From NCBI GenBank assembly GCA_965222375.1, contig CBDCTZ010000014.1, forward strand, positions 1,056,001 through 1,120,000: DNA of 64,000 nt. Reading direction: 5' to 3'. Shown piece after piece: positions 18,174-29,026 of the stretch. The position numbers and the translations under genes are program-made. A model generated the notes under the pieces. The model made no database searches, had not been told where the DNA came from, and saw only the letters and a list, made by a program, of their open reading frames with translations. Position 1 is the stretch's first letter. Each line of letters starts with the position of its first letter. The DNA is from Polyangiaceae bacterium. GTDB lineage: Bacteria > Myxococcota_A > Polyangia > Polyangiales > Polyangiaceae.

Positions 18174-19916
18174 TCATTGACATCGCGCTGGTGCGGGAGC
18201 GTCCACGTCGTCCAGATAGAAGTGGATGCGCCCCACGGGCACGTGCCCCGGGAGGGACTTGAGCTCCACGCCGCGGCACAGTGCCGCGCCTTGTAGTGGG
18301 CCAGTCAGTTTCAAGCTCCCGCGGGCCATGGGGAGCCAGACTTCCGCGGCGGCGTCGTAGTCGGGACGTTGTTCAACCACCACTCGGATGCGCCCGGCGA
18401 TGAGGTCCGAAATGCTGACGTCGAGTCCGCCGCCCTCTGCCTCACCGGGCTGTCGTTTGATCGGGAAGCAAGTCGGCGCGGCCGCGTCCGGATCCAGGGA
18501 CACACACAGCCGGGTGTCGTGCTCGCTCTCGGCCAGAGAGTTGCCCTGGGCGTCCGCCACGCTCGCCACGCGAACCACCACACGGCTGGCATCCGCCAAT
18601 TCGCCCGAGCAGCCTCCTGGTCCGCAGTCGCGCCCCGATGGGCAGCAGTCGCATACAGAGTCGCAACCCTGCGGCAACGAAGCGGTGGCCGCTTCCGGCA
18701 CCGCCTCCGTTGCGCTCGGTGTGGGCGTGGGTGGTGTCGGCGTGCGCGGCGCGACCACGGGTGGCTTGGGTGCTACGGGGGGGGTCTTGTTCCACTTCGA
18801 GTTCGCGAAGTACAGCGCGCCCCCTGCCGCACCGATCAAAGCGAGTGCGCCAAGAACGAGCTTGGCCCGCTCCGGGGTCTCCGCTTTCGGCGTCGCTTTC
18901 GGCTTTTCTGCTGGTGCGGCGAACGCTGCCGCCGAGGTCGCGACTCCCCGCTGCGGCTTGTCCTCCACTTCGCTTGCCTCGGCTCCATCGTCTGAAGTAG
19001 CAGGGAGACCCTTCCGACTGCGCTCGGTCGGATGCGGGCGTGGGGCAGGGCCGGCGTCGCGAATGCGCAGGGATAGCTCTGCGCCATCCGCAATGCGCTC
19101 GTCGGCGCTGACGGCAAGGGCATCTTGAATCAGCTTTCCCCAGGGTCCTTCGACGCCGGGTGCGCTCAGGTGGTCGCCCTCTTTCGCTTTTCGGTACGCC
19201 TCGGCGAAAACGTAGGGCGTCGAGGAGTGGGCGAGCCCCGTTGGGTGGCTGCCCGAAAGCAGGCGGCTGGCGAGGACACCGAAGGCAAATACGTCGACTC
19301 GGGGCGATGCGGTGCCGCCTTGAAAGTTGGCTGGGTCCAGAGCCTCGGGGGCCAAGTAGGAGAGGGTGCCAACGAGCCCGCCCTCTTGGGTCAGGCGTGT
19401 GTCCGGATCCGTGGCGATGGCAATACCCAAATCGACGAGCACGACATGGTTGGCGGATTCCGGCTCTTCGAAGAAGGGGTCCGCGATCAAGACGTTCTCC
19501 AGCTTCACGTCGCGATGCACGATGCCGCGGCCGTGCAAATAGGCCAAGGCGTCTGCGACATGTTGTAGTGCCAAGCCTGCATGGGCGGTGCCGAAGCGCG
19601 CGTCGGCCCGGGCCTGCGAGAGAGAAACCCCTTTGACGAAGCTCATCACCAGGCCGAGCACGCCGCGCTTGAGGTCCTCGAACAGACCGTCACAGGCCAC
19701 TAGGGATGGATGGTCCAGGCGAGAGAGCGCGTGCGCTTCCCGACGGGCCCGCTCCAATGCGCTGCCCCGCGCCATCGCCATGGGGATCAGCTTCAAAGCG
19801 CAGGGAGCGTCTGGATGCAGTGGATCCGACGCCCGCCATACGGAGCCCTGACCGCCTTCGCCGAGGAGTTCCTCCAGGGTGAAGCGATCGATACGGTCGC
19901 CGGGTTGCAGCTCCAC
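18174..19916 (-). CDS. Transmembrane Ser/Thr protein kinase with Cys-rich extracytoplasmic region
   Basis: GEGGQGSVW, CALK, HRDVKLENV, DLG, GTLSYLAPE; TM LVLGALALIGAAGGALYF; CDSVCDCCPSGRDC. Confidence 0.9.
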   Translation of the reverse strand: MELQPGDRIDRFTLEELLGEGGQGSVWRASDPLHPDAPCALKLIPMAMARGSALERARREAHALSRLDHPSLVACDGLFEDLKRGVLGLVMSFVKGVSLSQARADARFGTAHAGLALQHVADALAYLHGRGIVHRDVKLENVLIADPFFEEPESANHVVLVDLGIAIATDPDTRLTQEGGLVGTLSYLAPEALDPANFQGGTASPRVDVFAFGVLASRLLSGSHPTGLAHSSTPYVFAEAYRKAKEGDHLSAPGVEGPWGKLIQDALAVSADERIADGAELSLRIRDAGPAPRPHPTERSRKGLPATSDDGAEASEVEDKPQRGVATSAAAFAAPAEKPKATPKAETPERAKLVLGALALIGAAGGALYFANSKWNKTPPVAPKPPVVAPRTPTPPTPTPSATEAVPEAATASLPQGCDSVCDCCPSGRDCGPGGCSGELADASRVVVRVASVADAQGNSLAESEHDTRLCVSLDPDAAAPTCFPIKRQPGEAEGGGLDVSISDLIAGRIRVVVEQRPDYDAAAEVWLPMARGSLKLTGPLQGAALCRGVELKSLPGHVPVGRIHFYLDDVDAPAPARCQ

Positions 19917-19930
19917 AGGATGGACTCCGC

Positions 19931-20107
19931 TCAGCGTCTGCCCTTGAAGCCCATCATCTGCTGGACGACAGCCTCGCTTTCTTCCGCCAGCGCTTCTTGC
20001 TCCTGTGCGAGTTCAGCGCAGTCCTCGCAGAGCTTCTTCTTCTTGCCGTCCACCTTCACGTTGACGAGTTCGTCCACGTCTTCTCCGCAGCCTTTGCACG
20101 TTGCCAT
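19931..20107 (-). CDS. Small zinc-ribbon-like protein (58 aa)
   Basis: MATCKGC...LCEDC (two CxxC) plus acidic helix; C-terminal part of ORF 19931..20470. Confidence 0.7.
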   Translation of the reverse strand: MATCKGCGEDVDELVNVKVDGKKKKLCEDCAELAQEQEALAEESEAVVQQMMGFKGRR

Positions 20108-20215
20108 GCCCGCTTGCTGCCAGAAAACCCGCCGCGCGCCAATCTCCAGCGCCCATCCCTGCTCCGTTGCTTGTTTGGTACTGCGGCAAGGCGGCTCCGC
20201 GCTATGCTGCGCTCG

Positions 20216-21532
20216 ATGACGGAGCCGTGGGCACAGCCTGGGATCGTGCTGGCGGATAAATATCAGCTGGTCAGCACCCTCGGGCGAGGTGGCATGGGAG
20301 CGGTCTGGCGGGCGAAACACCTGGGCCTCGGTTCGGAGGTTGCCGTCAAGCTCATCGACGAACGAGCGGCGCAGAGCCCGGATGCTCTGGAGCGCTTCTA
20401 TCGCGAGGCGAAAGCCGCCGCCGCGCTGCGAAGCCCGCACGTGGTCCAAGTCCTCGACTTCGGCGACCACGGCGGCGTCCCTTTCATCGTGATGGAATTA
20501 CTCGAAGGCGAGAGCCTCGCCCAACGCTTGTCGCGAGTAGGGCGCCTCAGCTTCGAGGAAACGCGCCGCATCGTGCTGGACGTCGCTCGCGCAATACAAC
20601 GCGCACACGAAAGTGGTGTGGTGCATCGAGACTTGAAACCAGACAACATCCATTTGCAGGCGAACGCTGGCGAGGAAATCGCCAAGGTTCTCGACTTCGG
20701 GATCGCCAAGGTAGCCGACCCCACGATTTCCGGATCGACGCAGACGGGTGCGGTCCTCGGCACGCCCTACTACATGAGTCCCGAACAGGCACGGGGTACT
20801 CGTGCGGTGGATCATCGGACGGATCTCTGGGCGTTGGGCGTCATCAGCTTCGAGTGCGTGACTGGAGCGCGTCCCTTCGACGGCCAGGTCCTCGGCGACC
20901 TCCTGCTCAAGATCTGTGCGGAGCCGGCTCCGATGCCATCGCAGCTAGGTGCGGTCGTGCCAGGATTCGACGAATGGTTTGCTCGTGCCACAGAGCGAGA
21001 TCTGGATCGACGCTTTCAATCTGCAGCCGAACTCAGCGACGCATTGAAGCGGGTGGGGGAGGGCGCTGCGGTGGTCAGTCTCGCTCCAGCTCAGGCCGCG
21101 CCTCCCAAACGTTCCATGCTCCTGCCCCTGCTCCTGCTGGTCGGTGGCCTGGCGGTCGTTGCTGTAGTGCTTGGCGGTGGTGCCCTTTGGCTCTTGGCAC
21201 CTGCCGGGGAGGTACCCGAGACCTCCCAATCTGCCGCGCAGGAGGCCCCCGCGAGTCCGGTTGCCGAAGCGACGGGCTCCGCCGCCGCCGAAGCGCCGCG
21301 CCAGCCGGCCAAGTCCTCGCCGAACCCAGAAAAGGCTGCGCGCCGCTCGGCGCCCACGCCCGCACCGGCGGCGGCGTCGAAAAACAAGAGGGAAGATGTG
21401 AGCAGCGTCTTGGGTGAGGCGGAAAAGGCCCGCCTGGAAGCCAAAAATGCCAGAGAGCGTGCAGCCGAGGCGCGCGCCAAAGCCGAACAATCCAGGAAGA
21501 AGGCACTAGAGTCGGTGATGGGCACGCAATGA
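20216..21532 (+). CDS. Transmembrane Ser/Thr protein kinase
   Basis: GRGGMGAVW, VAVK, HRDLKPDNI, DFG, GTPYYMSPEQ; TM LLPLLLLVGGLAVVAVVLGGGALWLL; start could be 20204. Confidence 0.92.
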   Translation: MTEPWAQPGIVLADKYQLVSTLGRGGMGAVWRAKHLGLGSEVAVKLIDERAAQSPDALERFYREAKAAAALRSPHVVQVLDFGDHGGVPFIVMELLEGESLAQRLSRVGRLSFEETRRIVLDVARAIQRAHESGVVHRDLKPDNIHLQANAGEEIAKVLDFGIAKVADPTISGSTQTGAVLGTPYYMSPEQARGTRAVDHRTDLWALGVISFECVTGARPFDGQVLGDLLLKICAEPAPMPSQLGAVVPGFDEWFARATERDLDRRFQSAAELSDALKRVGEGAAVVSLAPAQAAPPKRSMLLPLLLLVGGLAVVAVVLGGGALWLLAPAGEVPETSQSAAQEAPASPVAEATGSAAAEAPRQPAKSSPNPEKAARRSAPTPAPAAASKNKREDVSSVLGEAEKARLEAKNARERAAEARAKAEQSRKKALESVMGTQ

Positions 21533-23478
21533 GTGGCACCCAAATCGACCCCCACGTTTTGGAAAGCGAAATCGCTTCCCTTCACGAGGCGGATATCCCA
21601 AGCCAATCGCAGCCCGGTGTGCACTACCGGCTCGAGCGAGTCATCGGTCGAGGAGGTTTCGCCATTGCGTGCCTGTCGACGTGCTTGACGGAGCACTCGG
21701 CGGCGGCGGTCGTGCTTAAAGTATGGCGCCCAGGGCTCGTGGCAGGCGCCAAGGAAATGGCATCCCGCGCGTTGCGCAAAGAAGCGGTCGCGTTGGGGCG
21801 TTTGAACGAACGAATCCCACCATCCCCATTTGTAGTGCGACTTTTGGATACCGGTTCGGTGCTGGTCTCGCATGAAGGACGCGATGTAGAAGTACCCTGG
21901 CTTGCGATCGAATACGTTCACGGCGGTGTCGAGGGAGAAACCTTGCATCGTCGCGTTGGCTATGCACTGGCGGAAACCAGTCACGGCTTTGACGTGCAGC
22001 GGGCCGTCCGAGTCGTGCAGCACTTGGCGGGGGGGCTGGAAGAAATCCATGCAGCGGGTGTGATCCATCGAGATTTGAAGCCGAGCAACGTCCTGTGTTG
22101 TGGCGGCGGCGGCGGCGAAATCTTCAAGCTTTCGGACTTCGGGATTGCTCGACCGTCCGGCGTGCAATCGACTTTCGGCGACGTCGCCCTGGGTACCCCC
22201 GGCTACATTCCACCGGAGCAGCTGCACCTTCGCGACGAAATCGGGCCTTGGACGGACGTGTTCGCGCTCGCCGGCGTCCTCTTCTTCACCCTCACCGGCC
22301 AGAAGCTCTTCCCGGGGAAATCCGCCGTTGATGCCGTGTTGGCGGTCAACAGTCGCGACCGCCCGAGCATTCGTGACCACGCCACTCTGAGTCCAGAACT
22401 TGCTCAACGGCCTGCGGCCTGCGACGCCCTGGACCTGTGCATACGCCGAGCCACCACCGCCGATCCTCGACAACGCACTCCGTCCGCACGTGCGTTTGCA
22501 GCGGAAGTGTCCCGAGTCCTGGGCGCAGAGCCACCGAGTACCCGGCCGCATCGTCGCTGGACGACCAGCATCGAGAGTGCGCAGCGCCGCGCCGCGGAAA
22601 CGCAGTTGAAGTTCGAGCAGCGAGCTCCGGCCGGAGACGGGTGGGTGATAGCTGCCTGTGCCTGGGATACGGATGGGCGCTGTCTCGCCGCGACGACTGA
22701 TGGACTGCGCTTCTTCAACGGGGTCTCTTGGAGCTCGGACTTCGAGTACGACAGCCAGGCGGTGTGGGTGGCGAGACGCGCGCCTGCCTGTTTCCTCTTC
22801 GTGGATGCCGCCGGAAACGTCAAAGAGCTGGGTGCGACTGGCGTTCACTCGGTGCTGGAACACGAGCCACAGATGGGCCAAATCGTGGCCATTGACGGTG
22901 ACCCATGGGATCTGGCGCTGGTGGTGTACCAAGGCCCGTCCGGGGAATACCTCGTTCGGGCGCGGGTGGCGGGACGGTTTGCCCGTCCGGTTACGCTGGT
23001 GGGCGCTGGGCTGGTGACCTCCGTTGCCAGAGTTCGCGATCAATCATGGCTCGTGACTGGGCGCACGTTGGATGGGGCTGGATACGCCGCGTTGGTGGAT
23101 CCCCTAGCCATGTCTCTTGAGTTTCCACCTCAGGCATTGCCCGCGGTTCTGGTGCAAGCCGCCGCACACGGCGCGGCCGGCGGGGCCTTGGCTGTCGGCG
23201 CCCGAGGCCAGCTACTCCGCTACGCCGAAGGCGAATTGTCGGTGCGCACGCTGATGGGCGAGCCGAACCTGTCCGCGGCCGCCGTCGACCTGCTGGGTAC
23301 GGAATGGGCGGCGGGTGCTCGCGGGATCTGGATGGCCCCAGCCAAGACCCGACGTTTTGCCCAAGTTTTCCGGCATGGCGGCGAAATTGCACCTTTTGTG
23401 TCCTTGCACGCGGACGTCGGACGCGTCCTGGCTGTTGCCGCCGACGGGACCGTGTTCGCTGGCCTCGAACAACACTGA
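21529..23478 (+). CDS. Cytoplasmic Ser/Thr kinase with C-terminal beta-propeller-like repeats
   Basis: GRGGFA, VVLK, HRDLKPSNV, DFG, GTPGYIPPEQ; repeated short beta-strand units; ATGA overlap with the upstream kinase. Confidence 0.88.
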   Translation: MSGTQIDPHVLESEIASLHEADIPSQSQPGVHYRLERVIGRGGFAIACLSTCLTEHSAAAVVLKVWRPGLVAGAKEMASRALRKEAVALGRLNERIPPSPFVVRLLDTGSVLVSHEGRDVEVPWLAIEYVHGGVEGETLHRRVGYALAETSHGFDVQRAVRVVQHLAGGLEEIHAAGVIHRDLKPSNVLCCGGGGGEIFKLSDFGIARPSGVQSTFGDVALGTPGYIPPEQLHLRDEIGPWTDVFALAGVLFFTLTGQKLFPGKSAVDAVLAVNSRDRPSIRDHATLSPELAQRPAACDALDLCIRRATTADPRQRTPSARAFAAEVSRVLGAEPPSTRPHRRWTTSIESAQRRAAETQLKFEQRAPAGDGWVIAACAWDTDGRCLAATTDGLRFFNGVSWSSDFEYDSQAVWVARRAPACFLFVDAAGNVKELGATGVHSVLEHEPQMGQIVAIDGDPWDLALVVYQGPSGEYLVRARVAGRFARPVTLVGAGLVTSVARVRDQSWLVTGRTLDGAGYAALVDPLAMSLEFPPQALPAVLVQAAAHGAAGGALAVGARGQLLRYAEGELSVRTLMGEPNLSAAAVDLLGTEWAAGARGIWMAPAKTRRFAQVFRHGGEIAPFVSLHADVGRVLAVAADGTVFAGLEQH

Positions 23479-23514
23479 TTCATCGAGTCCCACAAGCCCG
23501 CTATGCTGCGGCCC

Positions 23515-24819
23515 ATGTCGGATTACACGATCCCGATCGAGCCGAGCATGTCTCAGCTCCGGTCCATCGCCGTCGAGGTCATGAGCCCTGGGAGCAAAGG
23601 CGAGCGCGCAAAGGGCGATGTGGTGCGAGTCGGCAGTGCCGAGGGCAACGACTTGGTCATCGCTGACGGAACCGTGTCCCGCTTCCACGTCGAGCTCTCT
23701 CGTGACGGCGGTCGCATCCTCGCTACGGATCTAGGCTCGACGAATGGGACTCGAGTCGGAGAGGTCGTATTTCGCTCAGCAGGTGTCTGGATCGAACCCG
23801 GCGCGACCGTGTCCTTGGGCCAGGCCCAGGTGCGTATCGCGGACGGCGACCTGCTGGCTCCCGAGGCTGCCCCGGAGAGCTTTGGGGGGTTGGTTGGGAC
23901 AAGCGCGGCTTTGAGGCGATTGTGCGCGCGGGCTCACAAGGTCTCGCAGTCCGATGTGCCCATTCTCCTGAACGGCGAATCTGGCACTGGCAAGGAGGTC
24001 ATTGCGCGGGCTATCCATGACGAGAGTCCTCGTGCCGAGGCACCCTTCGTCACGGTGGACTGTGCCGCGCTCTCTCCCACCTTGTTCAGCAGCGAGCTGT
24101 TTGGGCACGAGCGTGGCGCGTTTACGGGTGCAGAGCGCCAGCACATCGGTGCTTTCGAGCGTGCGCACGGGGGCAGCGTGTTCTTGGACGAAATCGGTGA
24201 GCTTACCCCTGAACTCCAGGCGGCGCTGCTCGGAGTCCTAGAGCGACGTAAGCTGCGCCGCTTGGGTGGCCAGAAGGACATCGACGTCGACGTCAGAATC
24301 GTGTCTGCAACTCACCGTGATCTGCGCGAAGCGGTCAATTCAGCAGCGTTTCGCCTCGATCTGTTCTATCGAATCGCGGTTGTGTTGTTGGAGGTGCCAC
24401 CGCTCAGGGATCGCACTGGGGACATCCCGGAGTTGGTGAAGCACTTCGTGCGAGAGGCGGGCAGCAAGGACTCGGTCGACGCGCTGTTTCCGAAGGAGGC
24501 AATGGAGCGGCTCAAGGCGCATCGCTGGCCCGGCAACGTTCGGGAGCTGCGCAACGTCGTGCTCGGCGCGTTGGCGCTTGGCGAAACTCGGGAAGTGCTC
24601 GGAGGCGGCAGCGCGCCCGCGAGCCTCTCGGAGCTGGCCGACCATGTCGACGAGCTGTCTTTCCGTCAGGCCAAGCAGCGCATCGTGGATGCCTTCGAGC
24701 ATCGCTACATTTCTCGGCTACTCGAGCGCTGTGAAGGAAACGTCCGCAAGGCCGCGCGGGACGCCCGCATGGATCGGTCCTACCTAATGGAGCTCATCCG
24801 TCGCCATGGCTTGAAGTGA
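23515..24819 (+). CDS. FHA-domain sigma54-dependent enhancer-binding protein (FHA-AAA+-Fis HTH)
   Basis: [13 protein letters not shown] (FHA), [40 protein letters not shown]-terminal HTH. Confidence 0.95.
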   Translation: MSDYTIPIEPSMSQLRSIAVEVMSPGSKGERAKGDVVRVGSAEGNDLVIADGTVSRFHVELSRDGGRILATDLGSTNGTRVGEVVFRSAGVWIEPGATVSLGQAQVRIADGDLLAPEAAPESFGGLVGTSAALRRLCARAHKVSQSDVPILLNGESGTGKEVIARAIHDESPRAEAPFVTVDCAALSPTLFSSELFGHERGAFTGAERQHIGAFERAHGGSVFLDEIGELTPELQAALLGVLERRKLRRLGGQKDIDVDVRIVSATHRDLREAVNSAAFRLDLFYRIAVVLLEVPPLRDRTGDIPELVKHFVREAGSKDSVDALFPKEAMERLKAHRWPGNVRELRNVVLGALALGETREVLGGGSAPASLSELADHVDELSFRQAKQRIVDAFEHRYISRLLERCEGNVRKAARDARMDRSYLMELIRRHGLK

Positions 24820-24833
24820 CGGTTTGCTCGGGC

Positions 24834-25307
24834 TCAGGGGCCGTGGACGCCTCGACCACAATCAACCGGTGACAAGATCTGGCAACTGGGATTGTCGGGT
24901 TCGGGCTTCCAACTCGCTGACCGGCACTCTTGTTCCGTAACGGGAGGTTTCGCCAGTGGGTCAGCGCTCCGGTCCGTGACGACCACGAAGGTGCACGTGC
25001 CGGACTTGTCGACGACAAAGTAGTCCGTCCTGATGGCGTCGCCCTCTCCCGTGAGAGTGAACCAAACCGCATGAGCGGGTCGACACACACCGAGTGCTGC
25101 ATGCATGCACTCAAACAGTCGCTGGGGCGCGCAAGTTGCGCTCACCGTACCTTGTCGTGCGTTTCCGCAGTCTTGCGCGGTGCGGCCCAGCTTCTTTTTC
25201 CAGTGCTGCACTGCTGCTTTCGGGGCAGTCTCGGGTGCCACGCGTTCCTGTGCCCCACAAGCGGCCAGAAGTCCCGACCAGACTACGGTTACGTAGGTTG
25301 CCTGCAT
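24834..25307 (-). CDS. Cys-rich hypothetical lipoprotein (possibly DUF4362-like)
   Basis: LLAAC lipobox; TGEGDAI motif; multiple Cys. Confidence 0.55.
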   Translation of the reverse strand: MQATYVTVVWSGLLAACGAQERVAPETAPKAAVQHWKKKLGRTAQDCGNARQGTVSATCAPQRLFECMHAALGVCRPAHAVWFTLTGEGDAIRTDYFVVDKSGTCTFVVVTDRSADPLAKPPVTEQECRSASWKPEPDNPSCQILSPVDCGRGVHGP

Positions 25308-25476
25308 GACCCCTTCGCACATTCTACCGAACTTGCGCCTTTTGGGATCAAGTGGGTGTCGGTGTGGGTTAAGGTACTACCGAATGCCGTTTGCTTGCGC
25401 CTAGCTGCGCGCTGCCGTTGTAGCATGAAGGTTCCGATCCATCCCCCGCCTGCCCCTGGCGGAAGCTAGCACTGTC

Positions 25477-27621
25477 GTGTCCTCTTCACGTTCATCCTCA
25501 CCCCCACGCCACCTGTCCCGGGTCGAAGCCATTGCCCAGCTTGCGCGCTTGGGCCGCAAGGTCGATCGAAATTGCGGCGACCTTGGCGACGTCGTGTCTT
25601 TGGCGCGCCGGGCCGTGGGCGCACGCACGTTCGCGATGTCCACGCGATGCGCCGACGAAGTGAAGAGCGCAACGAGCGGTTCGGACCAACACCAGCTCGC
25701 CCGGTGGACTGCGCGAACCCTATCCGAATTTCAGGTTGACCAGAGGGATCTGCAGGCCCAACTTGAACAGCGCGCCCCGGCGGGTACTCGGGTCTTACCC
25801 GTGTTGGTCGATCAACGGTTGCTGGCCGTGATCGCTGCGAGGGGTTTCCGCGCGCGAGACTCCGAGGAGCGGCAGTCCATCATGATGGGTGCCGTCGCGG
25901 ATCTGCTCGCCATCGTCCTCACGCCGCCGGCAGGCCAGACGGACTCCCGCGTCTGCGACGCCACCGTGACCGCGTTGGGAGTAGGGTTGGCTAGCACCCG
26001 AGCCGCCTTGGGCGCCGAAGCCACATTTCGAGCCGTGGCCCACGCCTTTCGCGAGGTGCTATCGGTTTCGCGCATTGGCATCGTGATTCGAGACGATGCG
26101 GAGTCCGGCTATCGGCGAGTTGCGTCCTTCGACGAGCAGGGCGCACGGGTGCAATGCGGCACGAGCCCTATATCGGCGTTGGAGCGGAAAGCGATGGAGA
26201 CCGGACGCGTCGTCTACTCGGCCGACGTGGCCCAAGAAGATGACCAAACCGTTCGCGGTCTGTCTCAGTGCGGAGTCAGCTCCGTCGTCGCAGCGCCCTT
26301 GACATCCGCGGGGCAGCCCTATGGCGCCTTGATGGTGGCCCAGCCCGCCGTGGATTCTTACGATGCTTTCGCGCTCAAGTTGATCGAAGCTATCTCCGTC
26401 CAGCTTTCGCCGTTGATTGCTGGCTTCGCCGCCGAGGATCTGGACGGCGCGGTGGAAGACCTGCGCGAGCGCCTATTGCGCAGTGAACAACTGGCCTCGG
26501 TTGGGCAACTTGCAGCGGGCGTCGCTCACGAAGTCAACAATCCGCTAAACGTCATCTTGTCCAATCTTCAGGCCCTGTCCCAGCGCGCTGCGCGGGAGGA
26601 TCAGAAGTTCGACGTTGCGGAAGTGGCCGAGATATCAAGCGAGAGCATCGACGCGGTGCAGCGGATTGCGGGCGCCGTCGAAGACCTGCGTGCCTTTGCC
26701 CGCATGGATCGTGGGGAAGTGACCGATCTGGACATCAACGACGTGGTTCGGGACGCCGCGCGCATCGCAAAGAACGAGGTGCGCCACCGCGCCAAGCTCG
26801 AGTTGGACCTGGGGGGGCTGCCGCCAATTCGTGGTGACCGCACGAAGTTGACGCAGGTCGTCATGAACCTCCTTGTCAACGCTGCTCAATCCTTCGACGA
26901 ACGACCTCGCGAGGGCAACAATATCCTCGTGAGTACATCTCAACAGGGGGGGTCGGTGCGGGTTTCCGTTCAGGACAATGGTGTGGGCATCGCCGACGTG
27001 AGTCGTATCTTCGAGCCCTTCTTCACGACCAAGCGAGACGCCGGGACCGGCTTGGGCCTGTCCGTCGCCGCTGACATCGCACTGCGCCATCAAGGCCGAA
27101 TCGAAGTGAAGAGTCAGCCCCAGCGAGGCAGCACATTTGTTCTGTGCCTACCTGTGGAATCGGGCCTCACCCTGAAACCGACTACGGTTCCGCCGTCCAC
27201 TCTGCGAACGCACTTTCGCGCGCGCCTCTTGATCGTGGATGACGAGCCGGCGATCTTGCGCGCCTTCGAACGCCTGCTGCGGGATCGGCACGAAGTGGTC
27301 GTCGCTTCGGGCGGCCAGGCGGCCTTGAATATGCTCGAGCAAGACAACGAGTTCGACGTCGTGCTCTGCGATGTGATGATGCCAGACGTCGACGGTGTTG
27401 CTTTCTACGACGAGATCGCCAGGCAGGCGCCCCACTTGCAGCGCCGTATCATTTTCTGCACTGGCGGTGAATTCACCTCTCGGGCAAAGAACTTCCTGTC
27501 TCGGATCAAGAACCCGGTGCTGTCAAAGCCCGTGGACGCGCAGGTACTCCTCGACGCCATCGCGCGGATGCTGGTTGATCGGATTTCGCTCGTGTCCGGC
27601 GCGATACGCCAAAACGGTTAG
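25477..27621 (+). CDS. Hybrid sensor histidine kinase (GAF - HisKA - HATPase - receiver)
   Basis: GAF-like region, LAAGVAHEVNNPL, QVVMNLLVNA, DNGVG, FEPFFTTK, GTGLGL, IVDDE..LCDVMMP..SKP; start uncertain. Confidence 0.9.
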   Translation: MSSSRSSSPPRHLSRVEAIAQLARLGRKVDRNCGDLGDVVSLARRAVGARTFAMSTRCADEVKSATSGSDQHQLARWTARTLSEFQVDQRDLQAQLEQRAPAGTRVLPVLVDQRLLAVIAARGFRARDSEERQSIMMGAVADLLAIVLTPPAGQTDSRVCDATVTALGVGLASTRAALGAEATFRAVAHAFREVLSVSRIGIVIRDDAESGYRRVASFDEQGARVQCGTSPISALERKAMETGRVVYSADVAQEDDQTVRGLSQCGVSSVVAAPLTSAGQPYGALMVAQPAVDSYDAFALKLIEAISVQLSPLIAGFAAEDLDGAVEDLRERLLRSEQLASVGQLAAGVAHEVNNPLNVILSNLQALSQRAAREDQKFDVAEVAEISSESIDAVQRIAGAVEDLRAFARMDRGEVTDLDINDVVRDAARIAKNEVRHRAKLELDLGGLPPIRGDRTKLTQVVMNLLVNAAQSFDERPREGNNILVSTSQQGGSVRVSVQDNGVGIADVSRIFEPFFTTKRDAGTGLGLSVAADIALRHQGRIEVKSQPQRGSTFVLCLPVESGLTLKPTTVPPSTLRTHFRARLLIVDDEPAILRAFERLLRDRHEVVVASGGQAALNMLEQDNEFDVVLCDVMMPDVDGVAFYDEIARQAPHLQRRIIFCTGGEFTSRAKNFLSRIKNPVLSKPVDAQVLLDAIARMLVDRISLVSGAIRQNG

Positions 27622-27631
27622 GAGAAACTGT

Positions 27632-29026
27632 TTACTCGTCAATCCGCGAGTTGTTGCGGAGTTCATGCCGCTGCAACAAGCGGTACAAATACATGCGGTC
27701 CATCTTGGCTTTGCGCGCTGCTTTGCTGACGTTGCCGCCGGACCATTCGAGCAGATTTTTCAAGTAGCGCTGCTCGAACTCGAAAATGAGTTGTTCCTTT
27801 GCGAGGCGAAAGGGCTGCTCCAGGTCGACTTGCCCGGATGCTGCCGTGGTGCTGGGTTCCGGCGGCAAGAGGGAAGTGCCCGAGCGACGTTGGGAGGCGG
27901 GTGAGGCCTGCTCCAGAACGACGGATCGCTCCACGTAGTTTCGAAGCTCGCGCACGTTGCCCGGCCAATCGTGTTTGCGCATGTCCGCAAGAACGATGGG
28001 CGTGAAAAGATGCCACGACTCCTCGGCGTTCAGGGAGCGCAGCATGACGCGGATCAGAAGCTCCAAATCGTCGAGCCGCCTTTTCAGGGATGGCATTCGG
28101 ACCGTGACGACACTCAGCCGGAAGAATAGGTCCTCGCGGAATCGGCCGCGGTTGACCTCGCGCTCCAGGCTTCGGTTCGTTGCCGCGATGACTCGCACAT
28201 CGATTTTGCGCGCTTGGTTTTCCCCCGTGCGGCGGATCTCACGTGCTTCCAGAGCTCGCAGTAGCTTCGGTTGCATGTCCAGGGGCATCTCCCCGACCTC
28301 GTCCAAGAAGATGGTGCCCGAGTTGGCCGCCTCGAAGGCGCCGACGCGGACCTTATCGGCTCCGGTGAAGGCGCCCTTGGCGTGCCCGAAGAGTTCGCTC
28401 TCGATGAGGTTCGGTGAGATGGCGCTGCAATCCACGATGATGAACGGAGCCTGACTGCGTGAGCCCCGGCGCACGATTTCAGTCGCGGCTAGCTCCTTCC
28501 CGGTTCCGCTCTCGCCCTCGATCAAAATGGTCGAGTCACTTCGGGCGACTCGATCTAGCATCACGAACAACTGCCTCATGGCGATCGCCTCGCCGTAGAG
28601 TTCACCGAAGCTCGACCAGGCGGGAATTTCCTCGACCGCCTGGGAGCCCAGTTCTCGGGCCCGAACGACGCAACCACCCAGGTTGATTCCACACATCGGA
28701 CGGGGCAGATCCGCGTCGCGAACTCGGACGCCGTCAAGGCTGGTTCCATTCAGGGAGCCGGTGTCGGCGATGGTCCAACCCGACTCGCCGCGAACTAGTT
28801 TGCAGTGGAAGCGCGAGACCATCGGATCGTCGAGCACGAGATCGTTGGAGGGGTGCGAGCCAATTCGGATAGCGTTGCCTTCCAAAACCAGCGAGCGCTT
28901 GACACTTCGGCCGGCCTCTTTCTCGATCACGACTTCCAGGCGCGGAATCGCGACCGCCTGCGCCAGCTGGCGCACCGTCTGCGAGCGGGAGCCCGCCATG
29001 GTGGGGCGATCTTCGACCTCCGACAC
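27632..29026 (-). CDS. FHA-domain sigma54-dependent enhancer-binding protein
   Basis: [55 protein letters not shown]. Confidence 0.95.
   Translation of the reverse strand: MSEVEDRPTMAGSRSQTVRQLAQAVAIPRLEVVIEKEAGRSVKRSLVLEGNAIRIGSHPSNDLVLDDPMVSRFHCKLVRGESGWTIADTGSLNGTSLDGVRVRDADLPRPMCGINLGGCVVRARELGSQAVEEIPAWSSFGELYGEAIAMRQLFVMLDRVARSDSTILIEGESGTGKELAATEIVRRGSRSQAPFIIVDCSAISPNLIESELFGHAKGAFTGADKVRVGAFEAANSGTIFLDEVGEMPLDMQPKLLRALEAREIRRTGENQARKIDVRVIAATNRSLEREVNRGRFREDLFFRLSVVTVRMPSLKRRLDDLELLIRVMLRSLNAEESWHLFTPIVLADMRKHDWPGNVRELRNYVERSVVLEQASPASQRRSGTSLLPPEPSTTAASGQVDLEQPFRLAKEQLIFEFEQRYLKNLLEWSGGNVSKAARKAKMDRMYLYRLLQRHELRNNSRIDE

Noticed and set aside
21091..23043. 650-aa minus-strand ORF and other long antisense ORFs (e.g. 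8942..10051, 11190..11945, 14855..15643)
   Set aside because: Shadow ORFs opposite well-supported genes, expected in high-GC DNA; no motifs.
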